A stretch of 64,000 nucleotides of DNA from Rhizodiscina lignyota (Eukaryota). Below, piece after piece: positions 35,862 through 49,404 of this stretch. The notes beneath the pieces were generated by a model. The model was given only the letters and a program-made list of their open reading frames with translations. It had not been told where the DNA came from and ran no database searches. The position numbers were made by a program, and so were the translations under genes. Location: positions 434,001-498,000 of the forward strand of contig ML978123.1 of NCBI GenBank assembly GCA_010015805.1. Reading direction: 5' to 3'. The first letter of the stretch is position 1, and each line of letters begins with the position of its first letter.

Positions 35862-37904
35862 TCACGACGGCACTCCTTCATAATCCCAACCGTCCTCGCC
35901 CCTTCTCCTCCTTCCTCTTCGACTATTTTGCCGATTTGCAGCGCACTTGACAAACAGTGTGAGCACAGCCAGAATGAACACGATTACCGCAGCGACAGTC
36001 GGCACCACGACGAACCTCGTGCGCTCCGCGTCGCTGTCGTTGACATAGGGACAGCTAGTATTTAAGCCAACCACCCAGCAGTTATCACGGTCCAGAGAAT
36101 TGAAATCCACCCATAGCGCCAAATCCGAGTCATGATCGGAGTTCGAAAAAGCATCGAATAGATACGCGTTTTCCAATCCGGTACGTGGGGCAGAGAATGC
36201 CTCGTTGTCGCCGCAGCCTGCTTGAGCACTGGAGCTATAGCTGCTCTTCTGTCCAGATATATGCCATTCGTATGGTTTCTTGTTCACACGGCAGGCCGAG
36301 TTATGACGCTTGTTGCAGTCCTCGACGCGCCAATGCCCTTGGAGCGATAGATCTAGTACGGCACAGCGGATGCGGTCACTGTTGTCGTCAGACGAGGAGA
36401 CATTACGGGGTTCTCCTGGTCCCCAAGACCAGATGGTGCTGCGAGGAATAGCGCCATATGCACTAAAGTCCGAATCCGCTGTCTTGCCGAGTAATGTTGT
36501 GTTGAGAAAGGGGGATGCACCGCAGGCGGTGAGATTCTTGATAGCTGGTAAAGTCGCGTTTGACGGACTCATCGAATCAAGGGTGATGGCCCGCTGCTGG
36601 ACTTCGGAAACAGCCCAAGAATTGTTCTTTGCAGATGTTATGCTGTCAGACCTGCCCTTAAAACACCCGCTCACGATACTACCGTTGGCACCATACGCCA
36701 CGTTGTGAGCTTCGAAAAGGTAATTGCGCGGGAAAATGATGTGCTCATCGCCGGAAAAGTTGTACTTTGTCATCTGTGGGTCGACGCTCCCAAATCCAAC
36801 CATTAGACGTTCGGCCTTCTGAAACTCGACATAGCTGTCGCTTGGCCATCCGTTTGGAGTTGTGCGAACATTTCCAGATCCAACGTCTGTTTGATAGTAC
36901 TCAGGATCTGGCTGCTTTCGGAAGTCTACGTGATACCACGTGTCATTCAAATTCGTCCTGTCTCTATTTAGATCTTGAGGGGTGTAGAGGAAAGACGACG
37001 CGTTGGTATTCATGATGTTGCTGAGGAGATTACTTGGGTCCGGCAAGGACGAATCATCTGGAGTATCCGCTGCACCGTCTGGGTCGTCCTGAGGAGCGGC
37101 AGCGTGCAAGTTCAACGTCAGGTATATCGTGAAAGCTTGTAGTGTGTTTGAACTTTTTCCGAGGTAGTCAGACATTATGCTGACCATGTACACCAAATCG
37201 AGAGACGACGAGCAGTTGAATGGTCCAAGCTCGAAGATCATATCTCCATTAGATGTGAATGACGGAATCGATGAGCTCGGAGAAGAAGACTGTGTGGCGT
37301 TTCGGCCTGTCGCACTGCTCGCCGGTGAACTGGAAGAGCTGGTCCTTGCAGAGGGTGAGGTAGATGATTCTAGACGAGATGTTGAGGTAGCCTGCCTTTG
37401 CAGCAAAGGGAACGTGGAAAATCCAATTTCCTGGGAAAAGCTTGGTGCACGAACGGTGAACTGAGCCGTTGAAACAGTTACAGAAGAGGATGACGAGAAT
37501 TCCGAAATGCTGGTCTGAGCAGCGGATGAAGGCTGGCTCTGGCTATACGGAGAGCTTGCGGGCGCTGGAATCTGAGCCGGACAAAAATTCCATGCTAGCC
37601 GTCCAGTGTCCCAGTAGACATCAGAGACGAATCGCCTGTAGCCGAGTGCAAGCAGGTTGGAGAAACACTTCGTTGCTGTATTCGTGACGTAGTTCCCACT
37701 TGAGAAGCAGGCGGCTGACAACGAGACGCCGGGTACGGTGGCAAAGTTGACCGGAATGGAGACACTCAGATCTCTTTGCGACTGCAGGTCCCCGAAGTCA
37801 GCTCAGGCCGTACACGTGAAGCGCGAAGGGTGTCGTACCAGTAATGCAGTTTTCCACGGGTCGCTGGGCACAGCGCCCGGATCCGGATCATACCTCCCAG
37901 ACAT
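35862..37904 (-). CDS. MTC6: MTC6-like protein (partial TIM barrel + C-type lectin-like domain + C-terminal TM)
   Basis: Short first exon MSGRYDPD...TALL, then SQRDLSVSIPVN, GYRRFVSDVYWD, WSWGPGEP, RCA, WRVEDC...ACR, FSAPRTGLEN, WVDFNS..CWV and a TM helix. Confidence 0.82.
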
Positions 37905-38916
37905 CAAGATTCATGTTTGCATGTGGTCGAGAGCAGGTAACCTATAGACAATGAACCATGGGACTTGAATTAGAGCAAACGTATTTACATGTGGATGCCT
38001 TCGAAGTTTGCTGCGGGCCCGGTCGCGAAGTCTGGGGTGAGGTGAGCTCGAAGGCGCTAATCCCGTTGTGGCTTTGCCCCTGCCTCTGCTCGTCTTGGCA
38101 AGCCTGTGACAATCGAAACTCCCACATGTCAAAAGGCTCTTATTCGCTACCTGTGTCCACATCTATCCATCGAATATTAATTCGACTAACACACGTCTTC
38201 GTCTTCTTCTCACATGCTTTTCAAGTCAATTCGCTCGAAAGAGAAGCCTTAAAGTGTACCACTGGCGTGGTTGCGGAACATCGACCCAACTAACTCACGA
38301 GCCTCTAATAAGCTTTCTTCTTGTATGCTTGTTGAGCATCGGTTCGATCAACTCAGGGGGCTCTAACATGATTTCCCGCATGCTTGGCGAGAATACGTTC
38401 GTCGTAGTCGGGAGTAACCATCACAGCAGCCGTGAAGATCGCGTAGCGCCTATTCGCGACCGACCGTAAGCTCTTCAAGCACGAGCCTTCGGAGTCCAAA
38501 ATCTCTAGCGTACCTCGACGGTATACTCCGTATGTTCACCGTCTTCAAGTGAGCTCGGACTGTACTGGTAGATCCGCTGCCTCCCACGGTGTCTGCACTT
38601 CAAGTGAGACACAACCACGGAAGAGGACAGAGCCGTGGGAAGGAGGCCTTACACACCCAAGCTCGGGCACTATGAAATGAGCGAGATTGGGCTTGGTCTG
38701 GAGCACGTCTTTACGTCGGTGTGGCCGCACACTTTCTTCGGATTCTGCTCGCTCCGTTCGTGGAGATATAGCTTTTGATGTAATCTCTAAGGAGTGCGTC
38801 TAATTGCCATTGGAGCATAGCTCACACGAACTTGGGAATTCACATATATCATACACAGCTAGAGTTCCTTAAGATTGAACGGGCATTAAAAGTTTGATTC
38901 TTTCTGAAAACGATCA

Positions 38917-39945
38917 TTATGAAGTGCTCCAATTGGAAATCCCTTGGCGGACACCACCTGTGTCACCCCACCCCGAGTGACATTGCTGATGTCTCTGTTC
39001 TTGTCTTGCCTGCTCTTGCCTAGCCTGCTCGTCTCGCCTCGCCTGCTGCTCCCCCTGACTCGCAACCACCACAAACGTCGTGATTGAAGGGAGGGTGGTC
39101 TCCCTCCCCTCGTGCTCTCTGGTTTCATGCGTGAGTATCACCCTCTCAGGCGGAAGAACTGGCTTATCCGAGGGTGATATTGGTGGTGATGGGTACGGTG
39201 GTGAGATACTTGAAGCACTCGGTGGTGGGAGATACTGCGATGGCCGGGTATAGTGCGGTCCAGATGGAAGTGGAGAGTAGTAGTGATATGACTGCTGTGG
39301 CAGTTGATAAGGCTGCTGTGGCGCTTCCATTGGGGATTGTGGGAATTCTGGAGGTGATCTCTGTCGTACGTATGGCAGCGGAAGAGATGGGACTGAAGGC
39401 CGCGGTGACGGTTGCATTGTCTCTGCGGGTACGAATTCCAGGGGTGATTGCTGTTGTTGCATGAATGGGTTCGGTGGTTCCATTACTGCTGGCGCGGCTG
39501 GTGCGAATTCTGGTAGCGGTTGCTGCTGTTGCACGAATGGCTGCGCATAGTTTCCGGGTGATGGATATGCCATATATGGGACTGTCTTCCGTGGTCGTTT
39601 TTGGTTCTTTGATCTCCGGCCATAGTACCAGTTCTTGACCTGGTTGTCGGTGCGGTTTCCAAGCGTCCTGGCAATCTCTGCCCAGCGAGTTCCTTTTTCT
39701 AGGACCAACTCGGAGATACGGGCGCCTTCTTCGTCGGTAATTGGAGCGATGCAGATGCCCTCTCTTAGGGCTTGATGCCAACGTTCACGGCATTGCTTTG
39801 CGGAGCGTGTTCCCATTTGCTGAGCCACTTTGACCCAACTACTCTCATTGCGGAGGGTTCCTGAGGCTGCGACAATAGTTTTAAGCAGGTTGTCTTCTTG
39901 GGTGGACCAAGGTCCCTTCTTGGGTCTGTGGTCTTCAGACGCCAT
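38917..39945 (-). CDS. R2R3 Myb transcription factor, FlbD-like (divergent)
   Basis: KKGPWSTQED...WVKVA..MGTRSAKQCRERWHQ...PITDEEG...RWAEIARTLGNRTDNQVKNW; P/Q-rich tail with TLPSI; TATAAA on the minus strand at 40088-40093. Confidence 0.88.
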   Translation of the reverse strand: MASEDHRPKKGPWSTQEDNLLKTIVAASGTLRNESSWVKVAQQMGTRSAKQCRERWHQALREGICIAPITDEEGARISELVLEKGTRWAEIARTLGNRTDNQVKNWYYGRRSKNQKRPRKTVPYMAYPSPGNYAQPFVQQQQPLPEFAPAAPAVMEPPNPFMQQQQSPLEFVPAETMQPSPRPSVPSLPLPYVRQRSPPEFPQSPMEAPQQPYQLPQQSYHYYSPLPSGPHYTRPSQYLPPPSASSISPPYPSPPISPSDKPVLPPERVILTHETREHEGRETTLPSITTFVVVASQGEQQARRDEQARQEQARQEQRHQQCHSGWGDTGGVRQGISNWSTS

Positions 39946-42900
39946 GGTGGTGCTGAAATTAACGGTTGATGAGATGAAGATGTTTGCAGTTCCTGAGTTG
40001 GTGCTTTGATACTCGAAAAAAACCAGAATTCCAGCCGTGAGAGCGAGAGGAAAGAAAAGCCAAAATATTCAACGTGGGAAGAATAAATTTATAGCTAAAC
40101 GGTGTGGGACGTTGATGAATGAGGGGCTAAAGGCGAGTCCGGGGCGAGTCGTTGATAATATTCGTGAGGAGTCGTTGACTTTGTAAACGGTTTGATGTAT
40201 ATGGTGGATCCGGGGGAGCGTTCAGTCCAAGTTCAGGCCCACAGAACCACACAACGGCACCGTTGCTGCTACGTAAGCGCGCCAACGAAAACGGTTGCAA
40301 TTGAGAGTTTGAGTTGAGCAGGAAAGTGCGGAGATGGAGGATGAGATGAATCAAGCTCGCAGTGTGTGGAGAAGTCGCAGTGAGGGAGAGGTACGGGTGA
40401 GAAGAAGAGGAGAGTGCGATGTGAGAGGAGGTTTGAGTTGGGACATGACTCTTGACCAAACGGAAGTATGGAATTGCAAGGCAGTGGATGTCAGCCATGG
40501 CGACGCCATACTGCGGTGCCAACGGGCAGGGCTTTGCATTGCCTCTCCGCCTTTGTGGTGCTGGTACGGAGGAGCGCGCGAGGGTGAGTGCACACTCAAA
40601 CGAGCCCAGATCGCTGGAACGCCGTCCCGCCGCGCCCATCCCTGCTCGCATCGTCGTGGTAAGCGTGCTGGAATGCTGCGAATCCGGTGTACTGCCCCGG
40701 CGTGCCCGCTCTATGCCCACCTTGGCCGGTACGCATGCACCCATTTACCCACCCAGAGATTCAGTGGGCCCGGTACCTGGCCCCTGCCCCGCAGGGAGAC
40801 CCCCGGCGGGTGAGTCTCCCACCTTCATTCCCGCGGCTTGCTAGTCTGTGCTGCTGGCCAGTCTGCTGTGCGCTCCCACTGGCAGACGCCCTTCCCTGCG
40901 CCGGATCTCCGTTGCAAACAAGCGCTGCCCTTGCCCTCATCATCCACATTTCTCGGCCCTTGTACAGCTGTGCTCACGGCGGCGCACCGTAGCCTGGTAC
41001 TCATTCGCGGATCTCGCTTGACCCTGTCCCTGTCCCATCGACCATCCTCATCACCCCTTTGGATCAGCGGCTCACAATACTTTTTGATCTCTGCTACTCT
41101 TCAGTTTGGCGTTTTGTGAAATCTGGCGCGCCTCGCCAATGGAAACGCCATGTTTCTTTATTTGTTCGTCCCGCGAGCGCCGCCGCGTCGGCGCGCGCTC
41201 CTGGCCGATATCGTGCTCGGAGTATAGCAATCAATTCTTCGATATATCTCCGACGCGGCGACTAATTGGACCGTTGGAGAAGTCCGCAATTCGATGCCAT
41301 CATACTGTACACATCTGGTACTCTCCCCGTGGCGATTGGCGCGCCTCGGAGGATTCCACCGGCGGCTCTGCATTACCGCTTACGGCGACCCAATACTCGA
41401 GTGAGCCGCTTCAGGGCCTTCAGCCAGCCAAGTTCTGCTGCGATTCATAACATATTTCTTTTCTGGATCGCACGAGTCTACATCAGTCGAGCTGCAAGAT
41501 TGGAGCCAGACGGCCCTCATTTTCACCTTCCGCCCGCGTACAAGATCGGACGCAGCACTGAACTGCAGGTCACAATCTTCGCGCGTTCCCGATCCTGCAC
41601 CGCGAGCTGCCTTGTATCTTGCCAAAAGCAATGAGCAGGGAGAAAGCATCTTCGTGGTCCACATTCGCTCTCCAGATGCTCCTTTCGGCTCTGTGCCGCG
41701 TGGAATAGCGTGTCATCACTGGTGGTGTTTCAACCCACATGCATGTCGTCAGGCCAGACCAGCCTGACCAACCCTCTCAAAAAGAACTCGCCTGGAGGAG
41801 AGTTCGAGATCCAATATCTATTTACATTGCGCAGTCATACTTGCTTCTGACTGATCTGGAGACGTCCGCTCTGTAATCTACTGGCGTCGCTGGAACGATC
41901 GACTGTGGTGGGCGGCCTGAGCTAGAGACGAGCTCTCCTGTCATCCAACGACGTAAACGTTGAGCCATTCCATTTTGCGGAAAACGGTCGACGATCAGAT
42001 TCTGCAAGCGCTCAACGGCTTGACACTGGACGTCGGGCCCGGGGCGACGGTGTCTTTGTGGATCTCGGCGGATGCCATTGCATTGTCTTTGTCGCGCTCT
42101 ATCCGTCCAATATTCGCTGAAATCGAATGTCTGCCAAGCACCCCAACCTGAGGTGTCTTCATGTTTTGCGATGTTGAAAGCGTCATTTGAGCGGTCTGCT
42201 TTTGTGCGCCTCGTCCCTTACAATCGCCAACCCACAATAGGCCCTTTTTTCTGCCAGACACTCGGGCCAGCATTGACCGTTGGTCCCGCGGCGGCTTGGG
42301 CTGCATCGCAACGATCACCGTCCCAGCATCGTGGAACCTAAATCTGGAGCCGTCCAATCACATGAGCCGGCAAAATCTCAAATTCGTACGTGCATCCACA
42401 TTACATACGGCACTGGAGACGCGGTTCAGCTTCGGATGGCGTAACGCAGGCTTGCCGTCGTCCGCGCTTCCGAAGGATTCTGGTCAACAGCCACAGCGCT
42501 CACGGAGCAGGATGTTTTGGGCGTTGCTCGGGCTGGAAACAGCTTAGTCTGCGGTCATCCTGTTCCCTGATTCGGAGGATCCTGCGGCACGCTCGTGAGG
42601 AGCAATGTACGCGGCCGCGCTCGCGTCAGCTGCAGTGGAGTTTCGTCCCCGCGATTTACGTGTGCATGGCCTTACCTAGATCTTGAATCACAAAACGGCT
42701 TTCTAATAATATGGAAACCATCGCAATTCGAGGCCTTTGAGAGACCATGAGCCTGTTTAATGGCAAAGATTACGCATTACCTCCTTTCACGATTTTAGAT
42801 GCCAGATCAAGCACAGGGAGAGATAGCAGGTCTCTTCTTGTTCATTATTGAACTTACTTTTCTCACACTGCGGCGACATCTTCACTCCTTTCATTGTGCA

Positions 42901-45900
42901 GCAAACTCAATACCGTAGTCACGTACCGATACTCCATAAGACCAGTTGAAACCCTCTTTTGAACTGGTCTTAATTTCCGGGTTAAGCGAGATCGAGAAAC
43001 TGCAGAATCTCGGAAGCCTCCCTGCCACGGCGACCCCGAGGAATGGTTCGCTGAACCTCACACCTGTTTGGAGAGGACGTCCCGTGCTGATCCGGCTTTC
43101 CTGGCTAGACCGGCACAACGGTGTGGCTGGTGACCAGGTCATGGACCACACCTTAACTGTGGGCGCCAGGTCAAGGAATCAGAGTCCCCACAATTTGCCC
43201 GCCTGTCAGTGGATGAGACGAGGCTTTTGCATGGTTGTATACCCCTGTTCATGCACATTCGCCAAAGATTTCTAAGACAGGTCAAGCGTTGACCCAGATT
43301 CCGCACGGCCGGTCCATTGGTCGAGGGACGGCTCGCTGGCTCCTCCCTGTCGACTCATGGCGTAAAGGGCGTGCGCTCGTTTCCCCTTGTAGGTACCCTT
43401 GGGGCCCTGAGGACGAGTACGTACCTCTGCCCGGAGTACATCACTTTTACAGAGAGCACCAGAGCAGGATCACGTACCGAATGCGCGCATTGCCGACACA
43501 CGGTTCGAGACGCAGATGTCAGATGTGATCTCACAAGCGAATGCTCTTCGAAATAAGCGACTTGAAAACGAATGCGAAATCAGCTGGTGTTGTCCTTTAT
43601 TGCAGCACCTGAGCTTCCGAACATGGCAGCAGACGAACTGCCGAGCCAGATGAGGCAAGCATCAACGTTAGATTTGACCCCTTCTGGTACCGCGGATCTC
43701 TATCAACTTCAGCTGTCTTGGCAACGGTCGCGACGCCACAAAAACCCACCGATTGGGAGGGAGAGAGAGGTTGCGACTGCATCCCGCCATTTCCTGTCAC
43801 AACATGAAAGGAGAACTACCTTCCGTCTCGAGATTCACAAGTAATAAGCGCTTAGTACTCCGCATCGGTCTACGTACCTCTTCTGCTATTCTGTACGACA
43901 TTTGCATTGAACGCTCTCTCCGGACGCCGACAAACTTCCCATGGTACATTCCAGCGACACAAGAAAGAAATGCTTGTGCCACTGCGAAATACCTCTTAAT
44001 TATAGATCCTGCGCGCTCCAACGTTCCGATGATTGCAATAAGCTTCACCGAGCGAGTGGAGTTATCGTTTGCCATGTCAAAAGTTACACAGCGGGCTTGC
44101 AGATTTAACCCAAGGATACGGTCCGCTTCGTTTGTCCCCTTGCTTCCTCGACACCGCAGTGTAACGACGCGAAAATGTCCAGTTGTTGGATTTCTTCACC
44201 TTGGAGATCTGAGATGCTTTCACCCTTATATTTTCATGTGGTGACTGGTCGCACGACAGAAACCCAAGAGCCAGAATGTCGTGATCCATGATGCTCTTCT
44301 CCCGCTAACACAAGGACCCTCCCCGCGATCGAGACAAGGCCCTGGGGACCCCCTGGTCGTTCACAACGGCTTGTTGTGCAATTGTATTACTGCATGTTTT
44401 TACTGTACACCCTCCCCCACGCGGCCTTCCACAGGTTCTCCGAATAATTTCGGAGGCGCACAAGGACTCGAGTTTCGCTGACCTAGAATTACCAGGCTGC
44501 ACACGACTGCCACGAGGCGCAGATCTTTTGAATTGTCTACGGAGTACATGATGTGTTCCATTGTTCACTAATCCCAATTCCCCACTGGACCATATTCCAC
44601 TGCTCCGGCCCGTATGAATGCTTTGGATAATGCAGGCACAGATGTATCCCGTCAATGGATTCCAGACTTCATGTTTATTGCTTCTGATACGCCAATTGAG
44701 CTATTCCTTCAGCTCCTACTTGACATTTGCCACAAGTTGGTGGAGCTCCCTCAATCCCACAAGATCCCTCTGATCCCATAGCCTAAATGTTCAACACCAA
44801 GGGAAGCACGGCCAGAGGTACAGCCGTTTTATTGCTTCTATTTCCGGCTCCTGGCTCTACATGTGTGTTACGACAATTCCATCCATATGAAGATCGATCC
44901 CCGCGCCAGCAAGCAGATGGCCATGATCTCCTTGATGAAACGACAGCGAGGCCGGGTCTCTCAAGGCATGCCTTGTTGAAAATGTGCCCTGCCGTGTGCA
45001 CACCACGGCGTCAGACACCCGATGCCAATCCCCTGCTGCTTTCAATCTGCAGGACGTGCCTTCAACGGCTTTCCGTGCGATGGGGATTTGGGGCAACGCC
45101 CGATATGCAGTGTCGCCTAGGCAATCCGGAATGGCGGGATCGTAGGCGCGGAGGAGAGCACAATGTCTACGCATGGCATCGCTAATTCTAGGTACATGAA
45201 AGAAGAAACTTCAAAGATAAAAGGAGATAGCTCGAATTCAGTCCGAAAGGTCACGCGCGCAACTGACGCTTGCTAGATTTTCGAGTGAAGTTGGTCTCAC
45301 TCTCGAGATTACATAACTTCCCAGCAGCTCCGATCCAACCACTCGCCTGCCTCTTCAAGCCCTCTTGAAATAGCTTCATTACCAAGACGTAGGAGGGACG
45401 GTTCACTGCAGCAGAGGCACATCAAGTCAGCAAGGGATTCTCTGGTTCCATCTCATCACGGAAACCACAAATGCACCCTCTCTCTGAAGAGAAGATCGAC
45501 CCGGAAGGAAGACCCACACTCCTACCAGCCTAATCGAGTCATATGTCCGTCTGTCGTGAACGCTGCATTACAGCTCTCTTGCAGTTAGAAGAAGGCGTTT
45601 TCGATTCGTTACAGGCAGTCTCCCTACCCTTTGCTTATTGTCCCCTCTCATTACACATTTGTTTGACGACGTTGACGTTGCTTCGCTTTCGCCTCGCGAT
45701 CTGATCGACACTGCTTCCCTGCTCAACGTGCCAATTCTCACCCTTCCCACCCGCCTTGCGGTCACATAATCCTGAATAGTCGCGTGGCCGAGCAGCCGTT
45801 GCAAAGTTGCAAGCAAGAAGGTACGTGGTTGTATGCAAGATGTGACGAGGATTTCGATCCCGTCTCGCCTGCCGCTGGGACCGGCAGTATCGGGCTCGTC

Positions 45901-47625
45901 GTCCGCGCAAGCCCTCGTTTGTTCGCGGGCGTCCTTCCAATCGCGGAGACGAAGGCGTTGCACCGAAGCGCTGGGAGCGCTGAGGCGCACGGTTGCGGAA
46001 TCTGTTTCGCTGCGAGAGCGAGGAGCATAAGTCAAAACGGTCGGAACGGGCTCCGCTCGGAACCTAAAGGGCTGAACGATAAGTACCAAAGTATCTTTCG
46101 ACGGTGCAAGACGCAACAGCCGTACCACCTGCTGTGATAGCCACCATTGTGAAAGGCAAAATGTGTGACGACCTCTACTGACTCGCTGTCGTAATCCTTC
46201 ATGTTCTCTCACCGTCTTTCAGAGGCCAGCCACCTTGCATTCCTTGAGCCTCCGTCCTTCTCACTCCTATCCCGGCCCTTGATCGTCTGTCTCGCGTCAA
46301 AAAAACGTGGAAGTCCCCGGCCGCGATCCCAAAACCTTGCCCTTCCTTAGCCATCTTACTTACATGAGCAGGCCACGGCCCTTAACTAATTGCAGGTAAC
46401 GTGACGACGGCCGCGACTTGCAGCCTTGCTGCCCGTGAGGGAAAAGTCTTGCTCGACCGCAAACACGAACAAGCAGAGAGAAGGATTCTCGCCACAATCC
46501 GCCTCACCTTTAGCCGACCCAGAAATTGCAAATACGCGCCACGAGCAACACCTCTTCAAGGTTGCGAATCCCATATGTCTTTCCACGGAAAGTGCTAGCA
46601 CAAGAGCGTTGTGAGGCGTTGCGTTGGGGATCGCCCCGAATCCCGAAACGTCATTGTGTCTTTTCTTTTTGCGTGTCCAGCCTCCAACGGCGCACTGTCG
46701 ATGGCGTTTGCGCTTTTCAGGCAATTGGCGTTGGTTATCACTGGAGATGCTTATTCCCGAATTTCCTCGGATTCCCTAGCTCAATTGATGTTGAACGTGC
46801 TCCAGTCTGCTGCATATCTCTGACATCTCTCTTAGTCAGTGCTACATTCCTTTTGCACATCGTGGGCAGTGACGTCCTCTGACTCTGCGGCATGGCGTAA
46901 AGAAGCAAGCAAAAGAGCTTGGACATACTTTCCTCTCTAGGACGATGCTAGATTATATTTGTTTCACAGGGTCTTTGCGGGCTGCTCTGCACGGATGTCG
47001 TGGCTGTAGGGCAGACGTGGGTCGGGATCCCAATTCAATTTACACATTCATGCTTTCTTCGCTTGCCGTGGCCAGACCTCCATGAACTTCTTTATCATCG
47101 CTTCCGCATTTGCACAAAGCGACCCACTCTTCCAGTTTCGAGTGGAGCCCTGAAGTGCTTAGGCTGGAGATCGCTAATGGACGGGAGCGGCAAACTCGGG
47201 AGACGACGAAGTGAATAGTGCCATCGATCAATTGGAACCACGAGACGGCTAGACGAGAGGACATCCAAATTAATTCGGGGGCGATTCCGTGCGACCCGGA
47301 GCTCTGTTCGTGAAGCAATTGATTACATGTACCATTGAGCAAGTCTGGGCCACTTTCTGGGTACAGGCGCTACCTCAGGATGGAAGTCCGCTCTTTCTAG
47401 TTACTGACGATGGAAGAAGCTTTGAGGTCTATGTCCGTTCCTTCTCAATTCAAATGGTACTTTGTATTTGCAGTTACAATTTCAATTAAAAGACTTCTCC
47501 TTCTTACAGACAATTAAGAACACAAATAACAAGCTCAATCATATCAGTCATTATCGGTCATGTATCTGTAGTCTCTGGACAAGGAGAATTGCAAGATATC
47601 TGCATCCTTCAATTCCCACAGAAAC

Positions 47626-49404
47626 CTAACCTTTCTTCTCCTTTTTATAAACCACAACCACCGTCCCATCGCTCAGCCGCTCCTTCACCGGCTCCAGCTC
47701 ATACCCTCCAAGCCGTGGCAGCACCTTCCACCAAGTTGCCCAGTATGTCACTCCGCCCGCGAGAATAACAATTCCCACAACCGGCGCAAGCCAATACGGC
47801 AGCGACGTATCGCCCTTGCCGCCCGGTGGACGCAAGAATGGTGCGATCAGCTGGAACATCTGCGCGGCCAAGAAGAACACTGTGACACCCCACCACACCT
47901 TGAACGGTCTGGTGGCGTACTTCTCCGGCGCGCGATACCGGAGGATGAAGAAGCCGACGGCGACGAGGAAGAAGACCACGCTGCCGGGGTAGCCCTCGCA
48001 GTCCAGGATGAAGTTGTACGCGTCGCCGAATGGTATGGCAATGATGACGATAAACGACGGGATGAAGTGCAGTAATAATCCTGCGGATGGAGACCCGAAG
48101 GGCCAGTTGGAGGCCCAGAATCTGGGGAATGGGATAGCGCCCTCTTTGGCGAGTTCTTGGTTCACACGAGACTGGGCGAAGGTCACCGTCATGACGTTAC
48201 CGAAGGCAGAGAGGGCAACGAGGGCGCTATATCGCGTCGTATCGTTAGCTGAGTATGTACTGCCAAAGGTCAGTAACGAGCTCACCTGAGAGCCTGTTGT
48301 CCGCGCTCTCCGAACACCTTGCCCATGTAGTGCGCAGCGACAGTGACACCACTGTTCGCGATTTCCTCTGGGGTCGCGGCTGCGAAGTAGCTGATATTCG
48401 CGAAGAGGTAGAGCACTCCGCATATGGTCAGGCCAAGTGGCCCTGCTATCTTGAGCGTGCGTACGGGATTCTTGACTTCGTTAAGGACGTATGATGCGTT
48501 CGACCACCTGTATGAAGTGTGAGCAATATAGTCCGATCACAAGATGAGGGACATGACCATACCCAGCAAAGGAACTGAGCACTTTGAAAAGAGCCGTCGC
48601 ATACTGGTTGCTCGATGTTGAGGAGCCCGCGAAGGCGTTCCGAAAGGAGGCATGAGGGTCGGGGACGCTCTTCACTCCACCACCCAGCACGACCCATCCG
48701 CTGACTACGACAAAGAGCAACGTGCCGACTTTAACGAGGCCGATCGCGTTCATGCCGCGAACTCCCCATTTCGGGAAGCACACATGCACAGCAGTAATGA
48801 CGCAAAGCACGGTAATTGCGATTCCGCGCTCCTCCCACTCAGTCGCCTTCCGATTCGCTGCGAGGACAATGTTGCTCGCAAAGACGGTGCATCCAGATGC
48901 CGTGAAGCCGAGCAGAATAGCCTGGAAAGCGAAGAACACGGTCGCTAGCATTCTTGGATGTTTATAAGCCGCTTCGAGATAGACCTTCTCACCGCCGCTG
49001 CGTGGAATCATGCAGCCCAGCTCCAGCCATATCAGGAGGCCAGCGAACGAGAGAAGGAACCCGAGGGTCCATAGCATTAACGCGGCGCCGACACTTCCCA
49101 CACTGTTAACGATAGATGACGGCGTTGAGAAGATGCCTGTTCCAATGATGCGGTTTATGCTAGGAGCATGACATTAGTGAATGTAGATGGGGATCATGTT
49201 CGACCTCACTCACATGAGGAATGTTGTGGAGAAGAGGCCCAAGTGCCTGCCTAGACCTCCTGCGGTGGACTCCTCAAGTCGCAATTGACCCGCTTCGGAC
49301 TCATCTGTGAGCGGGAGCGCAGTGACAGACGAGTTGGACGAGCGCTCGCTCTTCTCAACGATCGTCTCCGTGACCAATAGTTTGCTCAGCTTTGAGAAAG
49401 ACAT
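47626..49404 (-). CDS. MUP1: High-affinity methionine permease (APC family, MUP1-like)
   Basis: Four-exon model with RHLGLFSTTFLIINRIIGTGIFSTP, ELGCMIPRSGGEKVYLE, GWSNASYVLNEVKNP, SRVNQELAKEG and many TM helices. Confidence 0.88.

Noticed and set aside
38335..38365. GGTTCGA tRNA T-loop-like motif (also near 30125 and 43502)
   Set aside because: No T-stem pairing or cloverleaf can be formed.
42390..42430. IHITYGTG resembling an aspartic-protease flap
   Set aside because: It is an isolated short match with no DTG motifs nearby.
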